Of a stretch of 64,000 nt of DNA, positions 31,340 to 42,500 are shown piece after piece; position 1 is the first letter of the stretch, and each line of letters begins with the position of its first letter. The notes beneath the pieces were generated by a model, which saw nothing but the letters and a program-made list of their open reading frames with translations, had not been told where the DNA came from and did no database searches. This stretch comes from Narcine bancroftii (taxonomy: Eukaryota). The position numbers and the translations under genes are program-made. The DNA lies in NCBI RefSeq assembly GCF_036971445.1, contig NC_091476.1, positions 148,614,001-148,678,000 of the forward strand, in the 5' to 3' direction.

Positions 31340-32140
31340 CATAGAACACTACAGGCCCTTCAACTCCTGATGTTGTACCAATCTATATATCCTACTAAAA
31401 AAAACTTCCTACCTTGTAATCCTCTTTTCTTTCATTCATGGACCTAAGAATCAGCCTCCATCCAAAACTACCACCCTAGCAACTCTGTGTTAAAAAAACT
31501 GATGACAAATGACCCTAAACATTCCTCTTCACTTTGTAGATGTCCTCTGATGTTACTACTGCCACCCTGGGAAAGAGGCACTGGACATCTACCTTCTCAA
31601 TATCTCTCAATCTTGTAAGACCTCCAGCTGTTAACCCTGCCTCATCAGACTTAGTTTCCTATCAAGGCAACATTCCAGCAAATCTCTCCACAGCTTCCAA
31701 ACCCTTCCTATAATGAGGTGACCAGAACTGAACTCAATATTCTAAGAGTGGTCTCACCCATGATATGTCAAGTTGCCACATGAGCTCTCAACTCAAATTC
31801 AATCCCCCAAGCTTTATTAACTATCTGATCAACCTACACAGCACCCAAGGTCTCGCTGTTCTTCCTTGTTAAGTATCTGTCCATTAACCCTGTACTCAGC
31901 CTTCAGGTTTGACCTTCCAAAATGCATTACCTCACACATATCCAGATTGAACTGCCACTTCTCAACCCAACTCTACATCCTGTCTATATCTTGTAATCTA
32001 CAGCAACCTTCAATACTATCCACAACTCCTCCAATCTTTATATCATACTGACCCATCCTTCTGCTTCTTCATCGAACATTTATAAAAATCACAACAGAGG
32101 GCCCAGAACAGATCCCTACAGAACTGCACTCGACACCGGT
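31340..32140 (-). mobile_element. CR1-type LINE 3' fragment, degenerate
   Basis: Similar to 63690-64000 in reverse (ttaaccctgtactcagccttcaggtttgaccttccaaaatgcat). Confidence 0.65.
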
Positions 32141-32457
32141 CCCCAATGCTTTTAGAGCATTTATGGTCCAGGGATTCAAGGACAACCAGAATTGTTTTCT
32201 CTGTCCATTTGGCAATCCATTGCTGTGATGAAACTCAGAAAAGAGAATCTATTTTGAGAGTCTGCGGGCCTGTTAATGGCATGGTTTACCTATCAGAGGT
32301 GCTTGTGTACAATTATGGCAACACTGGGGTTATTGATCTCAGGCTTAAGTTTATTGTCACATGTACCAAGGAGCAGTAAAACACAAAAGTTTATCGACAC
32401 TGTGAATGAAGTAAAAACACAATACTGGAGAAATTCTGGTCAAATAGTATCCTTTAT

Positions 32458-35270
32458 CAAAATTGGACATTTGGTGTGTGCATGCACTTTGGTGACAGGC
32501 ATTTTGGGGCGCGCGCTTTGGTGACAGGCATTTTGGGGCGCGCGCTTTGGTGACAGGCATTTTGGGGCGCGCGCTTTGGTGACAGGCATTTTGGGGCGCG
32601 CGCTTTGGTGACAGGCATTTTGGGGCGCGCGCTTTGGTGACAGGCATTTTGGGGCGCGCGCTTTGGTGACAGGCATTTTGGGGCGCGCGCTTTGGTGACA
32701 GGCATTTTGGGGCGCGCGCTTTGGTGACAGGCATTTTGGGGCGCGCGCTTTGGTGACAGGCATTTTGGGGCGCGCGCTTTGGTGACAGGCATTTTGGGGC
32801 GCGCGCTTTGGTGACAGGCATTTTGGGGCGCGCGCTTTGGTGACAGGCATTTTGGGGCGCGCGCTTTGGTGACAGGCATTTTGGGGCGCGCGCTTTGGTG
32901 ACAGGCATTTTGGGGCGCGCGCTTTGGTGACAGGCATTTTGGGGCGCGCGCTTTGGTGACAGGCATTTTGGGGCGCGCGCTTTGGTGACAGGCATTTTGG
33001 GGCGCGCGCTTTGGTGACAGGCATTTTGGGGCGCGCGCTTTGGTGACAGGCATTTTGGGGCGCGCGCTTTGGTGACAGGCATTTTGGGGCGCGCGCTTTG
33101 GTGACAGGCATTTTGGGGCGCGCGCTTTGGTGACAGGCATTTTGGGGCGCGCGCTTTGGTGACAGGCATTTTGGGGCGCGCGCTTTGGTGACAGGCATTT
33201 TGGGGCGCGCGCTTTGGTGACAGGCATTTTGGGGCGCGCGCTTTGGTGACAGGCATTTTGGGGCGCGCGCTTTGGTGACAGGCATTTTGGGGCGCGCGCT
33301 TTGGTGACAGGCATTTTGGGGCGCGCGCTTTGGTGACAGGCATTTTGGGGCGCGCGCTTTGGTGACAGGCATTTTGGGGCGCGCGCTTTGGTGACAGGCA
33401 TTTTGGGGCGCGCGCTTTGGTGACAGGCATTTTGGGGCGCGCGCTTTGGTGACAGGCATTTTGGGGCGCGCGCTTTGGTGACAGGCATTTTGGGGCGCGC
33501 GCTTTGGTGACAGGCATTTTGGGGCGCGCGCTTTGGTGACAGGCATTTTGGGGCGCGCGCTTTGGTGACAGGCATTTTGGGGCGCGCGCTTTGGTGACAG
33601 GCATTTTGGGGCGCGCGCTTTGGTGACAGGCATTTTGGGGCGCGCGCTTTGGTGACAGGCATTTTGGGGCGCGCGCTTTGGTGACAGGCATTTTGGGGCG
33701 CGCGCTTTGGTGACAGGCATTTTGGGGCGCGCGCTTTGGTGACAGGCATTTTGGGGCGCGCGCTTTGGTGACAGGCATTTTGGGGCGCGCGCTTTGGTGA
33801 CAGGCATTTTGGGGCGCGCGCTTTGGTGACAGGCATTTTGGGGCGCGCGCTTTGGTGACAGGCATTTTGGGGCGCGCGCTTTGGTGACAGGCATTTTGGG
33901 GCGCGCGCTTTGGTGACAGGCATTTTGGGGCGCGCGCTTTGGTGACAGGCATTTTGGGGCGCGCGCTTTGGTGACAGGCATTTTGGGGCGCGCGCTTTGG
34001 TGACAGGCATTTTGGGGCGCGCGCTTTGGTGACAGGCATTTTGGGGCGCGCGCTTTGGTGACAGGCATTTTGGGGCGCGCGCTTTGGTGACAGGCATTTT
34101 GGGGCGCGCGCTTTGGTGACAGGCATTTTGGGGCGCGCGCTTTGGTGACAGGCATTTTGGGGCGCGCGCTTTGGTGACAGGCATTTTGGGGCGCGCGCTT
34201 TGGTGACAGGCATTTTGGGGCGCGCGCTTTGGTGACAGGCATTTTGGGGCGCGCGCTTTGGTGACAGGCATTTTGGGGCGCGCGCTTTGGTGACAGGCAT
34301 TTTGGGGCGCGCGCTTTGGTGACAGGCATTTTGGGGCGCGCGCTTTGGTGACAGGCATTTTGGGGCGCGCGCTTTGGTGACAGGCATTTTGGGGCGCGCG
34401 CTTTGGTGACAGGCATTTTGGGGCGCGCGCTTTGGTGACAGGCATTTTGGGGCGCGCGCTTTGGTGACAGGCATTTTGGGGCGCGCGCTTTGGTGACAGG
34501 CATTTTGGGGCGCGCGTTTTGGTGACAGGCATTTTGGGGCGCGCGTTTTGGTGACAGGCATTTTGGGGCGCGCGTTTTGGTGACAGGCATTTTGGGGCGC
34601 GCGTTTTGGTGACAGGCATTTTGGGGCGCGCGTTTTGGTGACAGGCATTTTGGGGCGCGCGTTTTGGCGCTAGCATTATGGTGACATTCTGATGCTGAAC
34701 ATTTGGTGAAAAAAAAACTTGTATCCCTTCACACATTTGGCACCCAGTTTGGTGCTGGATGTTTTGGTTCAGCTCCGCGCCCCATTCACCATCTACTGGC
34801 CGAGGTCTGTCGTACTGCCTGGTGATGCAGCAATGCCTGAACCCCTGGCATTTTAGAAACTCCCTACCCTCAGGAAACTGCACCCTGGCAAACAAGGGCT
34901 TTTCGTAGCTTATAGTGATATAAATTATTTGAATAAACAATTTTTAATAATTTTACAATTGGATTGTTTTTAATACTTTTAAATTCAATTAACTATATAT
35001 TCCATTATATGTAATTAAACATAAATATAATTATAATTTACCAAAAGCCTCTGTTTATTATTGTTCCCCAACTGTTTTTAATAATATAAATACATCGCAA
35101 TAAGCTATGAAATGCCCTCGTTTGCTGTGGGAGTAGTTTCCTGGTGGGGGGGACTGGGAGTTTCTGGAACACGGTGGGACGGAGACGGCCAGCACACAGT
35201 GAGTGAGGCAGCCAGACCAATATGTCCAGCACCATACTGTGAGGGCCAAAATGTGAGTGCCAAAGTGTCC
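32458..35270. mobile_element. Non-autonomous TIR (foldback/MULE-like) element inserted in a Penelope remnant; carries the 29-bp satellite
   Basis: Left GGACATTTGG versus right CCAAAGTGTCC, with TTGG sub-repeats; AGTRTCCTTTAT repeated at 32446-32457 and 35264-35275; host Penelope sequence continues on both sides; superfamily is a guess. Confidence 0.55.
32488..34666. repeat. Tandem satellite, about 75 copies of 29-bp TTTGGTGACAGGCATTTTGGGGCGCGCGC
   Basis: Direct reading; copies identical except for a C>T variant in the last six (from 34517). Confidence 0.99.
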
Positions 35271-36139
35271 TTTATATAGCAAAGATATACAACCTTTGTT
35301 TCAGGTTTGCGCCCTTCATCAAGGAAGGTAGAGCTTGAGCACAAGAGGGATTACAGATGGGGAGAGTGAGAAAGACCCCCATTGAACACCATTCAGAGAG
35401 CAAAGGAGTTCTTCAGGGTAGGCATTCCTCAAAGAGATTTCGCAGGGCTTTGCAGTAGTCAGAAGTAAAACATGAAAGTCTGCAGCCACCGTGGTTGAAG
35501 TAAAAACACAACGCTGGAAAATGCAGCATGTCAGTGTCTTTATGTAGCAAAGATACATAACCAACATTTTGGTAAGGGCTCAAGCCCAAAACATTTATCT
35601 ATGAAGTGATAGGTTATTTTACAAGCAGAATGAGTGAGACATCTATTCATGGTACAAGAAAGACATTTATATCTAATTAGTGGATTTTGAAGATTAAGGA
35701 GATACTTCAATTGACTAAGGTTTCTGCTACAGAAAGTGCATGGCTCAGAAGGAAATAGGAAGGATATGACCTTCATGCTGAATATGAGGTAACAAACTTC
35801 AAATATATTCTTAGATAGGCAAACTGTGCTTGCACATTTAAGTGGAATTTTCATTTGACTGTCTTCATTGAGAAGCAGCACCCAAGCTATGGGAAATGAA
35901 CGTAGACAGTATACAACACTGTGCTGATCTATATAAACCTCTTTCACCATTGATCTAAATCTTCCCAACCCCTCAGTTCATAACCCTCTTAAGTCTTTTA
36001 ATTGTCCCAATTGTGTTAGCCTCCACAATCTATGTTTAAAAAAAAAATCTGACACCTCCCCTAAACATTCCTCCAGATGTCCTCTGGCATTGAGCAATGC
36101 TGCTCGGGGAGGGTGGGGGGAGAAATGTTGGGTGCAGTT

Positions 36140-36291
36140 GGCACAGCCTCATCCTATCACAGTGCGGCCAGCCGGAGAGTGCTGACCCAGATGCCAACAG
36201 CTGGCACAGCCTCATCCAATCATAGTGTGGCCAGCCAGAAACTGCTGACCCAGCTGCCAACAGCTGGTGCAGCCGCAACCAATCACAGTGC
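36140..36291 (-). repeat. Inverted copy of about 2.3 units of the intron-1 63-bp array
   Basis: Reverse complement matches 29828-29963, including unit-specific variants. Confidence 0.9.
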
Positions 36292-39228
36292 TCACTTTGA
36301 ATATACACTTGAATGTACTAAGGTTCCCTGATGGCTTTTACATGGATGTACATTAATGAGAAAGCAACTGAAATTGACTCACATAATTAATTCTCACAAA
36401 TTTAAATGCTCTGCTGTAAACAAGTCTGCTGAAAAAAGTAATGGGTTAATGTACTCTTGTGTCCTTTCAAATCATCATTTAAAATTCCATCAGCTATCAA
36501 TAATATTGACAATTAACACAATAATTGTTAAAAGTTTCAATGCTCAACTGCCATTTGCAAAATTGATGTAACATGATCTATTTATTAAAGTTTTGTCTAA
36601 AAAACATATTTGGTCATTGTAAAAATAAGCAATTAGGTGATATTACTAATTTGGTTTTATTTTGCATCAATGCCTCCATATTCCAAAATTCTTCCTCCAG
36701 GCCTAAGGAAGAATAATTGACCCATAATGTTAATAGTAATTTCTTATCATAAATGCTGATCGACTGGCAAATTCTTCCAACATTTGTTTGTTTCCTTTAC
36801 AATATTATTAGATTTATATTTAAATATGCTGGGTGGTTTCTTGTTGCAATTAAACTAGACTTGCAAACTTTGGGTAACACAAGGCCTGCTTCTTCACAAA
36901 AAGTCACACCTACTCAAATCAGAGAAATTATGAAAGGTTGGCAAATTTCACTTTACCGAGTTTTAGCTGTGGTGACTATTGCAGATAATGCCAGAAAATG
37001 TATATCCTTCAAAGAAGCAGTAAAGTTCTACCATATTTTTTTTTCTTCTCAAGGGAATTGAGGGTGTGGTGGGGGAAAAAAAAGCAGGTAGGTGGAGCCA
37101 GATCCTCCAGGATCTTATGAAATGGGGGAAGCAAACTCAGAGCAGATGGACTACTGCTTTTTTTTTAAAAAAAGAGTGGTCTTATCCTTCTACTCCAGTT
37201 TAATGAATTGCAAACTGCTACCAGAATATTGCATTAGCAATTTTCCTAGATTAAATGTGGAGCATAAATAAAGAAAAACCTGAATTTCAAATAAACGTGG
37301 GATGAGGCAGAAGGCAAAAGGTTAGGTAGATATGAAATCAAAATGCATCTTCAGAACCATTCCAAAATTGGCACTGCATTGCAGGATTTATCAAAAATTT
37401 GTATCCTTATCCTTTATATTTTCTTTACCAGGTTGTCAATTTCTCCTGTTAATAGATGCACTATTAAAAGTAAAGCTGAAAATCTCAAGTAGTAATGATT
37501 GTTTCCACATTATACCACTGAAAAATGTCACTCTTAAAAGATATCAAATATAAATTTATTGCTGTGTGCTTTATTGCAAGCTCCCTAATGATTATGAATG
37601 ATCTACTCAGTGACTAGTTCTGAAGTAAATTCCAAGCAGTCATATTTAAATCAATTAGGTAAATAAATTCGTTGAAAATCCCTTATTAATGTTGACAAAT
37701 CTGGATCATAATTGCAGCTTTTAAATAGCTAGTTGACAGCAACTGCGTTCTTTTTATTTACAATTAATTTCCAGAGAAGATGACTGAAAAATCAAAACTA
37801 ACTCATCATAAAAATGGATAGTACTATCAACTTAATTTGTAACATCTGACTTGGCAATCCTCGCTTTGTTTAGAACAAAAAAATCTTCAGAAAATCCCTG
37901 ATCATTTAACTCATCAAGTTGAGTTGATATTTTTTGCACTTCAATTTCAGTCAATTAAAACTAATTGAAATTTGTAAAGAAACATGTATTTATTTAAAAT
38001 GGATAACTCTCTCAAATAATTAGTCATTTATATACAACTGTACAAATCTGAAGCAAAGTTATTGTTGTGATTTAGCAAATGCAGTGGTCAATTTGGAAAT
38101 CATGAGGTTCAAACAAGTGAATCAGATGTCCAGACTCCAGATCATTTTTAAGGGACAAATCCTGCCAAGGAGATGAAATGACAACCAAGCAACATTTACG
38201 ACGGGGCTGTTAGTCTAATTTCTAGGCATTACATATCAGATTTTATTCTTTAAACCACAATCTATACTAAATTTTTTAAAATGGAAAAAAAATAGGCACA
38301 CATCTGTAGCCACACACATAAATCACTAAAAAAAAAACCTACATTTCATCAAATGCAAATCAAAATGCACATTGGCGACAGCCTGGGCATTTTAAATATA
38401 GAGTTGTGAGTAATAACACATATTCAGCACACAATGTTGGAAGTTCTTGCAGAATTTAAAAAAAAATTAGTAGCTTTAATTTCATGACCGATCACTTCAG
38501 AATAAACAAATGTCCACATTGGCCCCACTTCACTAAAACAGACAATAAACATTACCTGTCTTCAGGAAGGAATTTTCTTCCAAGTTGTTTGAAAAACGAA
38601 GCTCCAGAAAGTCAATGTCCATGACATTTTTTTTTTGCAGCCAAGAAACATCACTCCTAAACACAATCACACGATTACAAATGGGCAAGACTAAAATAGT
38701 GTCGAGTAACCAAACAGAGTAAATTATAAAAAGAAAAGTAACATGACAGTTATAAATTGGTATCTACACACGTAGCATAAATTTGCTATCCATTTTTCAA
38801 TGCAGACATGTCAGCTATAAAAATTGTGTTCTGAATATATTTAATCAATGCCCCAATTATACAGTGTATAGGTAACATTAGTTCTCCACTTTTTCTATCA
38901 AATCTTGGAAAAAAATAAAAAATTGTGAATCCTTTCACCCATTTTCTTATTTTAAACATGGAAACAAACCACACATGGCAGAAAAATAGTTTATGTGACT
39001 TTAGTTTAACAAAGTGGCAAAGCCAAATGTAATTTACACTGAAATACAGGTTAGATTAAAAAGCAGTAACAGTATATGTTGGATGTTGGAAAGGCTGAAC
39101 CAATTACACAACTGTACAAACATCTGTACAAAGCTCATAAAAATTTTAGGCATATTAACAGGATTAAAAGAAAGCCCCTCTTGGTCCTTGCATCCTAGGC
39201 GACTTTTTTTTTAATATAAAAAAAATGA

Positions 39229-39585
39229 TCAAATAAGCAGCGAAGGAGTAGGTTTCTTGCCCGGCCAGGCCTCCTTGGCATATTTCTTTTTCTTCGGTTC
39301 ATTAATAGATTCTGCATTGAACACGCCTGGGTTGGAAACAGGATTTATAGTCACAGATGCCGGTACCACTGCAGGTGCTAAGTCTACTTCAGGAGCAGGA
39401 TTTGGGAATGGCATAGGCAGTCCTCCTATCATAGCAGTCCCCATTGTATTGCCATGTAGTTGAGATGCTGAATCACTAGTTGGAGGGAGGCCACCATATA
39501 AACCAGCATTAAATGGAAAATTCTGTATACGTCTAGCAACTCCATCTTCCAGACCGAGTGAACTTGGGCTTTCTGTCTTCTTTTT
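39229..39585 (-). CDS. PPP1R8: PPP1R8 exon 7 (last coding exon)
   Basis: KKKTESPSSLGLEDGVARRIQNFPFNAGLYGGLPPT...KYAKEAWPGKKPTPSLLI*. Confidence 0.96.
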   Translation of the reverse strand, partial: KKKTESPSSLGLEDGVARRIQNFPFNAGLYGGLPPTSDSASQLHGNTMGTAMIGGLPMPFPNPAPEVDLAPAVVPASVTINPVSNPGVFNAESINEPKKKKYAKEAWPGKKPTPSLLI

Positions 39586-42500
39586 CTGTAATTTTCAAAA
39601 TAAAAACAATCATCCAGAGGAAGCATTATTCCCTTCATGGTCACCGTCAAAAGAATATTTTTCACAATACTGAAAAACTTGTGAGATAGGACAGTGAGCA
39701 GCTGTGGTGACTCAGTTATTTGACGATATTAAAGTGTCCACTTTGTGACGGTGCTTCTTGAAGAACAACCGGTTTACCAAATGGTACATTTTGTAATCAA
39801 GGAATGACATGACACTGTCCTATTCATGGGGCTTCCAAAAATAACAAACTACTTTAAGATTCCAGTTGATTAAACAAATTAAAAAGTGGCTGCTACAAAA
39901 ACAAAATCCAAACTTGCACAATTCTAGCTGAGGTGAAAATAATGTTGAAGTAAATTTGATGCACGTTAATCAACATCAATATCCCCGAGCAGAAAGCCCT
40001 CCAAAAGGTAATGGACACAGACCAGGACATCACAGACAAAACCCTCTCCACTATTGAGAACATCTACAGGGAACGCTGCTGTCAGAGAGCAGCAGCAATC
40101 ATCAAGGATCCTCACTACCCAGCACATGCCCTGTTCTCACTGCTGCCATCAGGAAAGAGGTCTAGATGCCTTCAGACTCGTACCACCAGGTTCAGGAACA
40201 GCTGTTACACTTCCACCATCAGACTCCTCAACAACTTAATTAGGAGGCCTTTTTAGACTGCAAAGCAGCAGTATCTCCATAGACATGACCCATCTTGGGA
40301 AGCTGACTTGCGTGTTCACGCTGAGCACCAAAAAGCCAGCTTAGTGAGATATTTCATACTGCAAGCTGGCTTCCTGAAGCAAAGGAGGTGGGACTTTTAT
40401 CGCATTAACGTCAGCATCAACTGTGATATAAAACATACACATCCAAAAGTGTCGCTGCTGCACTCAAAATGAATTTGAATTTCCTGCACTTTCGTCATGG
40501 CTAGAGGTCATCACCCCTTCCCGTTTTGACCTGGCAAGACAGATTGGTTGCAGAGCGCTACGCTCCACTGCTGGCAGTACACCTCTTGGCGAATCAAAGA
40601 CGGATGAGTTTGGATCATCCCAATCCGTCTTCGATTTTTTCCATTGATTTATCCATCTATTTATTTACTTTACACAGAGCTTGAAGGCGGAGGCCTAGGT
40701 ACTCATTTAAGGACTTACATGTGCACTTTACTGATTAAAAAAAAAATTCTCTCTGCATTTCACAATTTGTTTACATTCGTTATCTGTTTACGGTTCTTTA
40801 TATGCATATGCTGTGTACATTTTTAAACTACCATTAAGTGGTAATTCTGCCTTGCCTGCAGAACAAAGAATCTTAGAGCTTTATATAATTACATGTATGT
40901 ACTGACAATAAATCTGAAATCTGAATCTGAAACAATGAATAAATCTAAAAAGTGAAGCTAAAAACATATTTTGCTGCCTAACAAACTTACAACAAAAATA
41001 TTTGTTTATTTACCTTGAGAGGGACCACAGCTGTTTGAACCATATTTCTGAAGCGACCAACTGAAGGATCAACATCCTCTGCAAAAGGAATAAGGAAAGA
41101 AATTTCATTAGTTCAAGATCAAATGGGGGTGGGGCGGCCTTGCACAAATGTAGGCTACAATGGAAAATCTTCCTACTCCTTTTCAAATATCACTAAGGGA
41201 GCTTGTACATCAACCCACGCAGGCAAACATAATTATAGTTTAACAGCGTCAGCAATCAGGACTGGGGTTCAAATCCTGTGTTGTCTGTAATGGGCATTCT
41301 CCCCATGTCTGCGTGGGATTTCACCCATGGGCTCCAGTTTCCTCCCACCGTTCAAAGCGTGCCAGGGGTGTAGGTCAATTGGATGTAATTGGGTGACATG
41401 GGCCCATAGGCCAAAAAGGCCTATTTAGTGAAACATTTCACCAAAAAAAAAACCCAAATGCCTCAGTTTGGTTCTGAGATATTAGCCTATATTGTGAGCA
41501 TGATCCTTAGTTCTAAACTAAATAACCAGGCTGTAGTAACAGTTTTGACCTAGGAGTCTAAATTACAATGGAAACATTCATAAGTGACACCTTTAGTTAA
41601 TTCTGAAGACTGCAACAAAATGCAAAACCATATGGTTATTAAATCTGTTGAATGATTATGGTTATATAGTTTGGTGGAAAATATAGCGAGCATGTGCAAA
41701 TGGTGGCAATGGTTGATACTACTAAATAAACAAGCACACATTTTTTTTCTTCAAACATAGAATTGAACATAGAACATGGCATTGCGCACAATCCTGGTTA
41801 TTAAAATGGTGTCGAGAACAGAAAAAGTTAAAAAGAAATTTTGCATCATGACAAAATGGAGAGTTAAGAAATATCACTAAATAGTCAGCTTTTTTTTATG
41901 GGCAAGAGAAGCATGAGTGCTAATCCAAACACTATCTTGTTTTCACTGGTATGAATGACAAATAAATGCGAATTGACTTGAAAATTAGCAGTCAGTTCAA
42001 AAATGAAGTTGGGAAATTCAATCAAGAGTTCACAATGAGATTCATAAATTAATTCACTTCAGGAATTAAGAAGCAATTGAATTGAACAGTGCACAGTAAA
42101 ACCCATTATCCAGAATTCAAGCAATCGGCAAAAAGGAAAAGAAATAAAATAGTAAAATAAATAAAAATTTAAAATTGTAACAGTAAATGTTCTCTGAAGT
42201 AACAAATAAACCTTTGGTGAAGATAGGAACAAATAGTGGGATGTATAATGTTGCTTTGCTCAGGTTGAAGAACTAATTGATGCCACTCATCATTAAGGTG
42301 ACTCTGTTAACTTGTCTCCTTATCCCTGAGTAAGTCCTTATTTTTATTAGTATATTAGTAAGGATTTATCTGTAAACTTGAGGGAGGGAGAGGGTTAAAT
42401 CATCTATAATATTGTTCATCTTTTCAGCGGCTCTGTAGAGGGGAGGAACCTGCAGATGCAGTGACAGTTAAATGTTTTCTAAGAATGTGACTGAAAATAA

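Noticed and set aside
32488-34666. CRISPR-like array (29-bp repeat)
   Set aside because: No spacers, no cas genes, and a vertebrate context; it is a plain tandem repeat.
32357-34940. Three 716-827 aa minus-strand ORFs of a repeated peptide
   Set aside because: They are a by-product of a stop-free 29-bp unit cycling through all three frames; there is no independent evidence of a gene.
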